A stretch of 64,000 nt of DNA from the human T2T-CHM13v2.0 reference genome, Homo sapiens, in the NCBI RefSeq assembly GCF_009914755.1, contig NC_060945.1; one strand, given 5' to 3'. The notes below the pieces were generated by a model. That model was not told the origin of the DNA, did not search any database, and saw nothing but the letters and a program-made list of their open reading frames with translations. Below, in pieces: positions 1 to 14,219 of the stretch. Numbering within the stretch: position 1 is the first letter of the stretch; each line of letters begins with the position of its first letter. Made by a program: the position numbers and the translations under genes.

Positions 1-3000
1 CCCTAGTGGAATGGAATGGAATGGAGTTTAATGGAATGGAATAGAATAGATTGGTATGGAATCAACCCGAGAGGAATGGTATGGAATGGAATGCAATGGA
101 ATGGAATGGAATGCAACAAAATGGAATGGAATGGAATGGTATCAACCCGTGTGGAAGGGAATGGAATGGAATGGAATCAACCGGAGTGGAATGGAATGGA
201 ATGGAGTGGAATGGAATGGAATGCAATGAAATGGAAAGGAACGGAATTTAATCACCCCGAGTGGAATGGAATAGAATGGAATGGAAAGGAATGGAATCAA
301 CCCGAGTGGAATGGAATGGAATGGAATGGAATGGAATGCAATGGAATCAACCAGAGTGGAAAGGAATAGAATGGAATGGATTATAATGCAATGGAATGGA
401 ATCAATCCTGGTGGAATGGAACGGAATGGCATGGAGTGGAATGGAACGGAATGGAATGGAATGGAATGGAATGGAATGGAATGGAATGGAAAGGAATCAA
501 CCCGAAAGGAATGGAATGGAATGAAATGGAAAGGAATGGAATGCAATGGATTGGAATGGAATGAAATGGATTCAACCCGAATGGAATGGAATGGAATGGA
601 ATGGAATGGAATGTTATATAATCAACACGAGTGGAATGAAATGAATGGAAAGAAATGGAATGGAATGCAATGGAATGGAATGGAATGGAATGGAATGGAA
701 TCAACCCGAATGGAATTGAATGGAAAGGAATGGAATGGAATGGATTGGAATGGAATGGAATGGAATGGAATGGAATGGAGTGGAATGGAATGGAATGGAA
801 TCATCCCGAGTGGAATGGAATGGTATGGAATGTAATGGAATGGAATGGAACAGAACGGAAAGGAATGGAATGGAATAGATTGAATCTGAGAGGAATTGAC
901 TGGAGTGGAATGGATGGAAATGGAATGCAAGGGATTCAACCCAGTTGAATGTCATGGATTGGAAAGGAGTGGAATGGAATGGAATGGAAAGGTGTGGAAT
1001 GGAATGGAATGGAATCAACACGAATGGAATGGAACGGAATGGAATGGAATGGAATGGAATGGAATGGAATGGAAACAACACGAATGGAATGGAACGGAAC
1101 GGAATGCAATGGAATGCTGTGGAATGCAATGAAATAAACACGAATAGAATTGACCGGAATGGAACGGAATGGAATGGAATGGAATGGAATGCAGTGGAAT
1201 GGCATGAAATGGAAAGGAACGGAATGGAATTAACCCGAGTGGAATGGAATGGAATGGAAAGGAATCAACCCGAGTGGAATGAAATGGAATGTAATGCAAT
1301 GGAATGGAGCAGAATCAATCTGAGTCTAATGCAATGGAATGGAAGGGAATGGAGTGGAATGGAATGGAATGGAATGGAATGGAATGGAATGGAATGGAAC
1401 GGAATAGAATCCAATGGAATCAACTGGGATGGAATAGCATAGAATGGAATGGAATGGAATGAAATCAATCCGGGTAGAATGGAATGGAATGTATGGAGTG
1501 GAATGGAATGGAATGGAGTGGAATGGAATGGAATGGTATGGAATCAACCCGAGTGGAATGGAATTGAATGGAATTCAATGGAATGAAACGGAATATAATG
1601 GAATGGATTGGAAACATCCCGAATGGAATGGAATGGTATGGAATGCAATGGAAAAGAATGGAAAAGAACGGAATGCAATGGAACGGAATAAATTGAATCA
1701 GAGAGGAATTCAATGGAGAGGAATGGACTGCAATGGAATGCAATGGATTCAAACCTAGTTGAATATTATGGATTGGAAAGGAATGGAATGGAATGCAGTG
1801 GAATGGAATGGAGTGGAATCAACACGAATGGAATGGAACGGAATGGAATGGAATGGAATGGAATGGAATGGAATGGAATGGAACGGAATGGAATGGAAAA
1901 AACACGAATAGAATGGAACGGAATGGAATGGAATGCTGTGGAATGGAATGGAATGGAATGAAATAAACACGAATAGAATGGAATGGAATGGAATGCAATG
2001 GAATGGAATGGAATGGAATGGAGTGAAAGGAAAGGAACGGAATGCAATTAACCTGAGTGGAATTGAATGGAATGGAAAGGAATGAACCCGAGTGGAATGA
2101 AATGTAATGTAATGCAATGGAATGGAGCGGAATCAACCTGAGTGGAATGGAATGGAATGGAATGGAATGGAATGGAATGCAATGGAATGGAATGGAATGC
2201 AATGGAATGGAATGCAATGGAATGGAATCAACCCGAATGGAATGGAACGGAATGGAATGGAAAGGAATGGAATGGAATGGAATGGAATGGAATGGAATGG
2301 AATGGAATTGAATGGAATGGAATCATCCCGAATGGAATGGAATGGTATGGAATGCAATGGAATGGAATGGAACAGAACAGAAAGGAATGGAATGGAATAG
2401 ATTGAATCCGAGAGGAATTGACTGGAGTTGAATGGATTGGAATGGAATGCAAGGGATTCAACCCAGTTGAATGTCATGGATTGGAAAGACTGGAATGAAA
2501 TGGAATGGAAAGGAGTGGAATGGAATGGAATGAAATCAACACGAATGGAATGGAACGTAAAGGAATGGGATGGAATGGAATGGAATGGAATGGCAACAAC
2601 ACGAATGGAATGGAAAGGAACGGAATGGAATGGAATGCTGTGGAATGGAATGGAATGGAATGGAATGGAATGGAATGGAATAGAATCAAATCGAATGGAA
2701 TGGAATGGAATGGAATGGAGTGGAATGGAATGGAATTGAATGGAATGGAATGGAATGGAAAGGAATCAACCTGGATGGAATGGAATGGAATGGAATGGAA
2801 TGGAAAGGAATCAACCCGAGTGGAATGGAATGGAATGGAATTCAATGGAATGAAATGGAATGGGATGGTATGGAATCAACCCGAGTGGAATATTATCGAA
2901 TGAAATGGAATGGAATGGGATGGTATGGAATCAACCCGAGTGGAATATTATCGAATTAAATGGAATGGAACGGAATGGAATGGAATAAAATGCAATGGAA

Positions 3001-6000
3001 TGGAATGGAATCAACCAGAGTGGAATGGAATATAATGGAATGGAATGGAATTAAATCGAGAGGAACAGAATGGAATCAACACGAGTGGAATGGAATGGAA
3101 TGGAATGGAATGGAATCAACCCGAGTGGAATGGAATGGAATGGAATGCAATGGAATGAAGCGGAATATAATGCAATGGAATGGAAACATCCCGAGTGGAA
3201 TGGAATGGTATGGAATGCAACGGAACGGAATGGAACAGAACGGAATGGAATGGAACGGAATAGATTGAATCAGAAAGGAATTGAATGCAGAGGAATGGAT
3301 TGGAATGGAATGCAATGGATTCAACCCTAGTTGAATGTCATGGATTGGAAAGGAATGGAATGGAACGGAATGGAATGGAATGGAGTGGAATGGAATGGAA
3401 TGGAGTGGAATGAAATGGTGTGGAATCAACACGAATGGAAAGGAAAGAAATGGAATGGAATGGAATGGAATGGAATGGAATGGAATGGAAACAACACGAA
3501 TAGAATGGAACGGAATGGAATGGAATGCTGTGGAATGGAATGGAATGGAAAGGAATCAACCCGAGTGGAATGAAATGGAATGTAATGCAATGGAATGGAG
3601 CGGAATCAACCTGAGTCAAATGCAATGGAATGGAATGGAATGGAGTGGAATGGAATGGAATGGAATGGAATGGAGTGGAATGGAATGGAATGGAATGGAA
3701 TGGAATGGAATGGAATGGAATGGAACGGAATGGAATCCAATGGAATCAACTGGAATGGAATAGCACAGAATGGAATGGAATGGAATGGAATCAATCCGGG
3801 TGGAATGGAATGGAATGTATGGAGTGGAATGGAATGGAATGGAGTGGAATGGAATGGAATGGAATGCAGCGGAATTTAATGGAACGGAATCAACCCGAAT
3901 GGAATGGAACGGAATGGAGTGGAATGGAATGGAATGGAATGGAATGGAATGGAATGGAATGGAATGGAATGGAATGGAATGGAATCAACCCGAATGGAAT
4001 CGAATGGAATGGAATGGAGTGGAATGGAATGGAATTGAATGGAATGGAATAGAATGGAATGGAAAGGAATCAACCCGAATTGAATGGAATGGAATGGAAT
4101 GGAATGGAATGGAATGGAATGGAATCGAATGGAATGGAATGGAATCAACCCGAGTGGAATGGAATGGAATGGAATGGAATGGAATCAACCTGAATGGAAT
4201 GGAATGGAATGGAATGGAAAGGAATGGAATGGAATGGAATGGAATGGAATGGAATGGAATGGAATAGAATGGAATCAACAAGAATGGGATGGAATAGAAT
4301 GGAATGGAATGGAATGGAAAGGAATCCTATTGAATCAACCCGAGTGTAATGGAAAAGAATGGAATGGAATGGAATGGAACGGAATGCAATGGAATGGAAT
4401 CAAACCAAGTGCAATGGAATGGAATAGAATGCAACGGAACCAACCCGAGTGGAATGGAATAGAAAGGCATGCAATGGAATGGAATGGAAAGCAGTGGAAT
4501 GGAATCAACCCGACTGGAATGGAGTGGAATGGAAAGGAATGAAGGGAATGGAATGGAATGGGAAGGTATGGAATCAACCCGAGTGGAATGGAATGGAATG
4601 GAATGGAATGGAATGGAATGGAGTGCAATGGAATGGAATGGAATGGAATGGAGTGGAATGGAATGGAGTGGAATGGAATGGAGTGGAATCGAGTGGAATG
4701 GAATGGAATGGAGTGGAATGGAAGGCAATGAAATTTTATGGAATGGAATAGAAAGGAGCGGAACAGAATGGAATTGAATGGCATGGAATGGACCCGAATG
4801 CAATGGAATGGAATGGAATGGAATGGAATGGAATGGAATGGAATCAACCCGAATGGAATGGAATGGAATGGAATGGAATGGAATGGAATGGAATTAAATG
4901 GAAAGGAACGGAATGGAATCAACAAGAGTGGAATGGAATGGAATGTAATGGAATGGAATGGAATGGAATGGAATCAATCCGAGTGGAATGGAACGGAATG
5001 GAATGGAATGCAATGGAATGGAATGGAAAGGAATGGAATGGAGTGGAATGGAAGGCAAGGCAATGGAATGGAATGGAATGGAACGGAATGGAATTCAATG
5101 GCATGGAATGAACCCGACTGGAATGGAATGCAATGGAATGGAATGGAATGGAAAGGAATGGAATGGAATCAACCCGAATGGAATGGAATGGAATGGAATG
5201 GAGTGGAATGGAATGGAATTGAATGGAATGGAATGGAATGGAGAGGAATCAACCCGAATGGAATAGAATGGAATGGAATGGAATGGAATGGAATGGAATG
5301 GAATGGAATGGAATGGAATCAACCCGAGTGGAATGGAATGGAATGGAATTCAATGGAATGGAATGGAATGGGATGGTAAGGAATCAACCTGAGTGGAATA
5401 TTATCGAATGAAATGGATTGGAATGGGACGGTATGGAATCAACCCGAGTGGAATATTATCGAATGAAATGGAATGGAACGGAATGGAATGGAATAAAATG
5501 TAATGGAATGGAATGGAATCAACTGGAGTGCAATGGAATAGAATGGAATAAAATGGAATGGAATGGAATTAAATGGAAAGGAATGGAATGGAATCAACAC
5601 GAGTGGAATGGAATGGAATGGAATGGAAGGGAATAGAATGGAATGGAATGGAATCAACCGGAGTGCAATGGAATGGAATGGAATAAAATGGAATGGAATG
5701 GAATTAAATGGAAAGGAACGGAATGGAATCAACACGAGTGGAATGGAATGGAATGGAATGGAATGGAATGGAATGGAATGGAATCAATCCGAGTGGAATG
5801 GAATGGAATGGAATGCAATGGAATGAAACGGAATATAATGGAATGGAATGGAAACATCCCGAGTGGAATGGAATGGTATGGAATGCAATGGAACGGAATG
5901 GAACAGAACGGAATGGAATGGAATGGAATAGATTGAATCAGAGAGGAATTGAATGGAGAGGAATGGAATGGAATGGAATGCAATGGATTCAACTCTAGTT

Positions 6001-9000
6001 GAATATCATGGATTGGAAAGGAATGGAATGGAATGGAATGGAATGGAATGGAATGGAATGGAGTGGAATGGAATAGAATCAACTCGAGTGCAATGGAATG
6101 TAATGGAATGGAGTGGAATGGAATGGAATGCAATGAAATGGAAAGGAATGCTATGGAATCAACCCGAGTGTAATGGAAATGAATGGAATGGAATTGAATA
6201 GAAAGGAATGAATGGAATGGAATGGAATGGAATGGAATGGTATGGAATCAACCCGAGTGGAATGGAAAGGACTGGAATGGAATAGAATGGAATGGAATGG
6301 AATGGAATGCAACGGAATCAACCCGAGTAGAATGGAATGGAAAGAAATGGAATGAAATGGAATGGAAAGGAATGGAATGGAATCAACACGAATGGAATGG
6401 AATGGAATGGAAAGGAATGAATGCAATGGAATGGAATGGAATGGAATGGTAGGGAATCAACCCGAGTGGAATGGAATGGAATGGAATGGAATGGAATGGA
6501 ATGGAATGGAATCCAGCCGAATGGGATGGAATGCAATGGAATGGAATGGAATAGAATCAACCCGAATGGAATGGAACGGAATGGAATGAAAAGGAATGGA
6601 ATGGAAAGGAATGGAATGGAATAGAATGGAATAAACCAGAATGGAATGGAATGGAATGGATTGGAATGGAATGGAATGGAATGGAATGCTATGGAATCAA
6701 CAGGAGTGTAATGGAAATGAATGGAATGGAATGGAATGGAATGGAATAAACCCAAGTGCAATGGAATGGAATAGAATGCAATGGAATCAACCCAAGTGGA
6801 ATGGAATAGAAATGCATGCAATGGAATGGAATGGAAAGCAAAGGAATGGAATCAACCCGACTGGAATGGAATGGAATGGAAAGGAATGAAGGGAATGGAA
6901 TGGAATGGTATGGAAAGGTATGGAATCAAGTCGAGTGGAATGGAATGGAATGGAATGGAATGGAATGGAATGGAATGGAGTGGAATGGAAGGCAAGGCAA
7001 TGGAATGGAATGGAATGGAATGGAACGGAACGGAATGGAATTGAATGGCATGGAATGAACCCGACTGGAATGGAATGCAATGGAATGGAATGGAATGGAA
7101 TGGAATGGAATGGAATAGAATCAAATCGAATGGAATGGAATGGAATGGAGTGGAATGGAATGGAATTGAATGGAATGGAATGGAATGGAAAGGAATCAAC
7201 CTGGATGGAATGGAATGGAATGGAATGGAATGGAAAGGAATCAACCCGAGTGGAATGGAATGGAATGGAATTCAATGGAATGAAATGGAATGGGATGGTA
7301 TGGAATCAACCCGAGTGGAATATTATCGAATGAAATGGAATGGAATGGGATGGTATGGAATCAACCCGAGTGGAATATTATCGAATTAAATGGAATGGAA
7401 CGGAATGGAATGGAATAAAATGCAATGGAATGGAATGGAATCAACCAGAGTGGAATGGAATATAATGGAATGGAATGGAATTAAATCGAGAGGAACAGAA
7501 TGGAATCAACACGAGTGGAATGGAATGGAATGGAATGGAATGGAATCAACCCGAGTGGAATGGAATGGAATGGAATGCAATGGAATGAAGCGGAATATAA
7601 TGCAATGGAATGGAAACATCCCGAGTGGAATGGAATGGTATGGAATGCAACGGAACGGAATGGAACAGAACGGAATGGAATGGAACGGAATAGATTGAAT
7701 CAGAAAGGAATTGAATGCAGAGGAATGGATTGGAATGGAATGCAATGGATTCAACCCTAGTTGAATGTCATGGATTGGAAAGGAATGGAATGGAACGGAA
7801 TGGAATGGAATGGAGTGGAATGGAATGGAATGGAGTGGAATGAAATGGTGTGGAATCAATACGAATGGAAAGGAAAGAAATGGAATGGAATGGAATGGAA
7901 TGGAATGGAATGGAATGGAAACAACACGAATAGAATGGAACGGAATGGAATGGAATGCTGTGAAATGGAATGGAATGGAAAGGAATCAACCCGAGTGGAA
8001 TGAAATGGAATGTAATGCAATGGAATGGAGCAGAATCAACCTGAGTCAAATGCAATGGAATGGAATGGAATGGAGTGGAATGGAATGGAATGGAATGGAA
8101 TGGAGTGGAATGGAATGGAATGGAATGGAATGGAATGGAATGGAATGGAATGGAACGGAATGGAATCCAATGGAATCAACTGGAATGGAATAGCACAGAA
8201 TGGAATGGAATGGAATGGAATCAATCCGGGTGGAATGGAATGGAATGTATGGAGTGGAATGGAATGGAATGGAGTGGAATGGAATGGAATGGAATGCAGC
8301 GGAATTTAATGGAACGGAATCAACCCGAATGGAATGGAACGGAATGGAGTGGAAAGGAATGGAATGGAATGGAATGGAATGGAATGGAATCAACCTGAAT
8401 AGGATGGAATGGAATGGAATGGAATGGAATGGAATACAATGGAATGCTATGGAATAAACCCGAGTGTAATGGAAATGCATGGAATGGAATGGAATGGAAT
8501 GGAATGGAATGGAATGGAATCAACCCAAGTGCAATGGAATGGAATGGAATGCAATGGTATCAACCCGAGTGGAATGGAATGGAAAGGAATGAAATGAAAT
8601 GGAATGGAAAGGAATGGAATGGAATCAACCCGAATGGAATGGAATGGAATGGAATGGAAAGTAAAGAATGGAATGGAATGGAATGGATTGGAATGGAATG
8701 GTATGGAATCAACCCGAGTGGAATGGAATGGACAGGAATGGAATAGAATGGAATGGGATGGAATGGAATGCAATGGAATGGAAAGGAATGGTACGGAATG
8801 GAACGGAATGGAATAGAATGAACACGAATGGAATGGAATGGAAAGGAATGGATTGGAATGGAATGGAATGGAATCAACCCGAGTGGAACGGAATGTAATG
8901 AAATGGAGTGGAATGGAAAGGAATGGAATGGAATGGAATGAACACGAATGGAATGGAATGGAATGGAATGGAATGGAATGGAATGGTATGGAATCAACCC

Positions 9001-9317
9001 GAGTGGAATGGAATGGACAGGAATGGAATAGAATGGAATGGGATGGAATGGAATGCAATGGAATGGAATGGAATAGAAAGGAATGGTACGGAATGGAACG
9101 GAATGGAATAGAATGAACACGAATGGAATGGAATGGAAAGGAATGGATTGGAATGGAATGGAATGGAATCAACCCGAGTGGAACGGAATGTAATGGAATG
9201 GAGTGGAATGGAATGGAATGGAATGGAATGGAATGGAATGGAATGGAATGGAATGGAATCAACACGAATGGAATGGAATGGCATGGAATGGAAGGGAATG
9301 GAATGAAATGGAATCAA
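1..9317 (+). repeat. Domain I higher-order unit 1 (9317 bp; 4.9 kb core plus ~4.4 kb extra)
   Basis: Landmark CCCTAGTGGAATGGAATGGAATGGAGTTTAATGG occurs at 1, 9318, 14220 and 21629. The same pseudo-ORF starts at 16, 9333, 14235 and 21644. The block 2681-~3924 is repeated at 7116-~8354 inside this unit. Confidence 0.85.
8701..9260 (+). repeat. ~290-bp tandem duplication at the end of the domain I core unit (also ~13590-14160 and ~21020-21570)
   Basis: GGACAGGAATGGAATAG at 8730/9015, 13622/13922 and 21051/21341; GTACGGAATGGAACGG at 8791/9086. Confidence 0.85.
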
Positions 9318-12300
9318 CCCTAGTGGAATGGAATGGAATGGAGTTTAATGGAATGGAATAGAATAGATTGGTATGGAATCAACCCGAGAGGAATGGTATG
9401 GAATGGAATGCAATGGAATGGAATGGAATGCAACAAAATGGAATGGAATGGAATGGTATCAACCCGTGTGGAAGGGAATGGAATGGAATGGAATCAACCG
9501 GAGTGGAATGGAATGGAATGGAGTGGAATGGAATGGAATGCAATGAAATGGAAAGGAACGGAATTTAATCACCCCGAGTGGAATGGAATAGAATGGAATG
9601 GAAAGGAATGGAATCAACCCGAGTGGAATGGAATGGAATGGAATGGAATGGAATGCAATGGAATCAACCAGAGTGGAAAGGAATAGAATGGAATGGATTA
9701 TAATGCAATGGAATGGAATCAATCCTGGTGGAATGGAACGGAATGGCATGGAGTGGAATGGAACGGAATGGAATGGAATGGAATGGAATGGAATGGAATG
9801 GAAAGGAATCAACCCGAAAGGAATGGAATGGAATGAAATGGAAAGGAATGGAATGCAATGGATTGGAATGGAATGAAATGGATTCAAACCGAATGGAATG
9901 GAATGGAATGGAATGGAATGTTATATAATCAACACGAGTGGAATGAAATGAATGGAAAGAAATGGAATGGAATGCAATGGAATGGAATGGAATGGAATCA
10001 ACCCGAATGGAATTGAATGGAAAGGAATGGAATGGAATGGATTGGAATGGAATGGAATGGAATGGAATGGAATGGAGTGGAATGGAATGGAATGGAATCA
10101 TCCCGAGTGGAATGGAATGGTATGGAATGCAATGGAATGGAATGGAACAGAATGGAAAGGAATGGAATGGAATAGATTGAATCTGAGAGGAATTGACTGG
10201 AGTGGAATGGATGGAAATGGAATGCAAGGGATTCAACCCAGTTGAATGTCATGGATTGGAAAGGAGTGGAATGGAATGGAATGGAAAGGAGTGGAATGGA
10301 ATGGAATGGAATCAACACGAATGGAATGGAACGGAATGGAATGGAATGGAATGGAATGGAATGGAATGGAATGGAAACAACACGAATGGAATGGAACGGA
10401 ACGGAATGCAATGGAATGCTGTGGAATGCAATGAAATAAACACGAATAGAATGGACCGGAATGGAACGGAATGGAATGGAATGGAATGGAATGCAGTGGA
10501 ATGGCATGAAATGGAAAGGAACGGAATGGAATTAACCCGAGTGGAACGGAATGGAATGGAAAGGAATCAACCCGAGTGGAATGAAATGGAATGTAATGCA
10601 ATGGAATGGAGCAGAATCAATCTGAGTCTAATGCAATGGAATGGAAGGGAATGGAGTGGAATGGAATGGAATGGAATGGAATGGAATGGAATGGAATGGA
10701 ACGGAATAGAATCCAATGGAATCAACTGGGATGGAATAGCATAGAATGGAATGGAATGGAATGAAATCAATCCGGGTAGAATGGAATGGAATGTATGGAG
10801 TGGAATGGAATGGAATGGAGTGGAATGGAATGGAATGGTATGGAATCAACCCGAGTGGAATGGAATTGAATGGAATTCAATGGAATGAAACGGAATATAA
10901 TGGAATGGATTGGAAACATCCCGAATGGAATGGAATGGTATGGAATGCAATGGAACAGAATGGAAAAGAACGGAATGCAATGGAACGGAATAAATTGAAT
11001 CAGAGAGGAATTCAATGGAGAGGAATGGACTGCAATGGAATGCAATGGATTCAAACCTAGTTGAATGTTATAGATTGGAAAGGAATGGAATGGAATGCAG
11101 TGGAATGGAATGGAGTGGAATCAACACGAATGGAATGGAACGGAATGGAATGGAATGGAATGGAATGGAATGGAATGGAACGGAATGGAATGGAAAAAAC
11201 ACGAATAGAATGGAACGGAATGGAATGGAATGCTGTGGAATGGAATGGAATGGAATGAAATAAACACGAATAGAATGGAATGGAATGGAATGCAATGGAA
11301 TGGAATGGAATGGAATGGAGTGAAAGGAAAGGAACGGAATGCAATTAACCTGAGTGGAATTGAATGGAATGGAAAGGAATGAACCCGAGTGGAATGAAAT
11401 GTAATGTAATGCAATGGAATGGAGCGGAATCAACCTGAGTGGAATGGAATGGAATGGAATGGAATGGAATGGAATGGAATGGAATGCAATGGAATGGAAT
11501 GGAATGCAATGGAATGGAATGCAATGGAATGGAATCAACCCGAATGGAATGGAACGGAATGGAATGGAAAGGAATGGAATGGAATGGAATGGAATGGAAT
11601 GGAATGGAATTGAATGGAATGGAATCATCCCGAGTGGAATGGAATGGTATGGAATGCAATGGAATGGAATGGAACAGAACAGAAAGGAATGGAATGGAAT
11701 AGATTGAATCCGAGAGGAATTGACTGGAGTTGAATGGATTGGAATGGAATGCAAGGGATTCAACCCAGTTGAATGTCATGGATTGGAAAGAGTGGAATGA
11801 AATGGAATGGAAAGGAGTGGAATGGAATGGAATGAAATCAACACGAATGGAATGGAACGTAAAGGAATGGAATGGAATGGAATGGAATGGAATGGAATGG
11901 CAACAACACGAATGGAATGGAAAGGAACGGAATGGAATGGAATGCTGTGGAATGGAATGGAATGGAATGGAATGGAATGGAATAGAATCAAATCGAATGG
12001 AATGGAATGGAATGGAATGGAATGGAGTGGAATGGAATGGAATTGAATGGAATGGAATGGAATGGAAAGGAATCAACCTGGATGGAATGGAATGGAATGG
12101 AATGGAATGGAAAGGAATCAACCCGAGTGGAAGGGAATGGAATGGAATTCAATGGAATGAAATGGAATGGGATGGTATGGAATCAACCCGAGTGGAATAT
12201 TATCGAATGAAATGGAATGGAATGGGATGGTATGGAATCAACCCGAGTGGAATATTATCGAATTAAATGGAATGGAACGGAATGGAATGGAATAAAATGC

Positions 12301-14219
12301 AATGGAATGGAATGGAATCAACCAGAGTGGAATGGAATATAATGGAATGGAATGGAATTAAATCGAGAGGAACAGAATGGAATCAACACGAGTGGAATGG
12401 AATGGAATGGAATGGAATGGAATCAACCCGAGTGGAATGGAATGGAATGGAATGCAATGGAATGAAGCGGAATATAATGCAATGGAATGGAAACATCCCG
12501 AGTGGAATGGAATGGTATGGAATGCAACGGAACGGAATGGAACAGAACGGAATGGAATGGAACGGAATAGATTGAATCAGAAAGGAATTGAATGCAGAGG
12601 AATGGATTGGAATGGAATGCAATGGATTCAACCCTAGTTGAATGTCATGGATTGGAAAGGAATGGAATGGAACGGAATGGAATGGAATGGAGTGGAATGG
12701 AATGGAATGGAGTGGAATGAAATGGTGTGGAATCAACACGAATGGAAAGGAACGAAATGGAATGGAATGGAATGGAATGGAATGGAATGGAATGGAATGG
12801 AATGGAAACAACACGAATAGAATGGAACGGAATGGAATGGAATGCTGTGGAATGGAATGGAATGGAAAGGAATCAACCCGAGTGGAATGAAATGGAATGT
12901 AATGCAATGGAATGGAGCGGAATCAACCTGAGTCAAATGCAATGGAATGGAATGGAATGGAGTGGAATGGAATGGAATGGAATGGAATGGAGTGGAATGG
13001 AATGGAATGGAATGGAATGGAATGGAATGGAATGGAACGGAATGGAATCCAATGGAATCAACTGGAATGGAATAGCACAGAATGGAATGGAATGGAATGG
13101 AATCAATCCGGGTGGAATGGAATGGAATGTATGGAGTGGAATGGAATGGAATGGAGTGGAATGGAATGGAATGGAATGCAGCGGAATTTAATGGAACGGA
13201 ATCAAGCCGAATGGAATGGAACGGAATGGAGTGGAAAGGAATGGAATGGAATGGAATGGAATGGAATGGAATGGAATGGAATGGAATCAACCTGAATAGG
13301 ATGGAATGGAATGGAATGGAATGGAATGGAATACAATGGAATGCTATGGAATAAACCCGAGTGTAATGGAAATGCATGGAATGGAATGGAATGGAATGGA
13401 ATGGAATGGAATCAACCCAAGTGCAATGGAATGGAATGGAATGCAATGGTATCAACCCGAGTGGAATGGAATGGAAAGGAATGAAATGAAATGGAATGGA
13501 AAGGAATGGAATGGAATCAACCCGAATGGAATGGAATGGAATGGATTGGAAAGTAAAGAATGGAATGGAATGGAATGGATTGGAATGGAATGGTATGGAA
13601 TCAACCCGAGTGGAATGGAATGGACAGGAATGGAATAGAATGGAATGGGATGGAATGGAATGCAATGGAATGGAAAGGAATGGTACGGAATGGAACGGAA
13701 TGGAATAGAATGAACACGAATGGAATGGAATGGAAAGGAATGGATTGGAATGGAATGGAATGGAATCAACCCGAGTGGAACGGAATGTAATGAAATGGAG
13801 TGGAATGGAAAGGAATGGAATGGAATGGAATGAACACGAATGGAATGGAATGGAATGCAATGGAATGGAATGGAATGGAATGGAATGGAATGGTATGGAA
13901 TCAACCCGAGTGGAATGGAATGGACAGGAATGGAATAGAATGGAATGGGATGGAATGGAATGCAATGGAATGGAATGGAATAGAAAGGAATGGTACGGAA
14001 TGGAACGGAATGGAATAGAATGAACACGAATGGAATGGAATGGAAAGGAATGGATTGGAATGGAATGGAATGGAATCAACCCGAGTGGAACGGAATGTAA
14101 TGGAATGGAGTGGAATGGAATGGAATGGAATGGAATGGAATGGAATGGAATGGAATGGAATCAACACGAATGGAATGGAATGGCATGGAATGGAAGGGAA
14201 TGGAATGAAATGGAATCAA
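9318..14219 (+). repeat. Domain I higher-order unit 2 (4902 bp, minimal core unit)
   Basis: Same landmark order as unit 1 (GGATTATAATGC ~9695, CAATCCGGGTAG ~10768, GGCAACAACACG ~11899, TTAAATCGAGAGG ~12358, GTAAAGAA ~13553) without the extra segment. Most differences from unit 1 are whole-pentamer indels. Confidence 0.87.
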
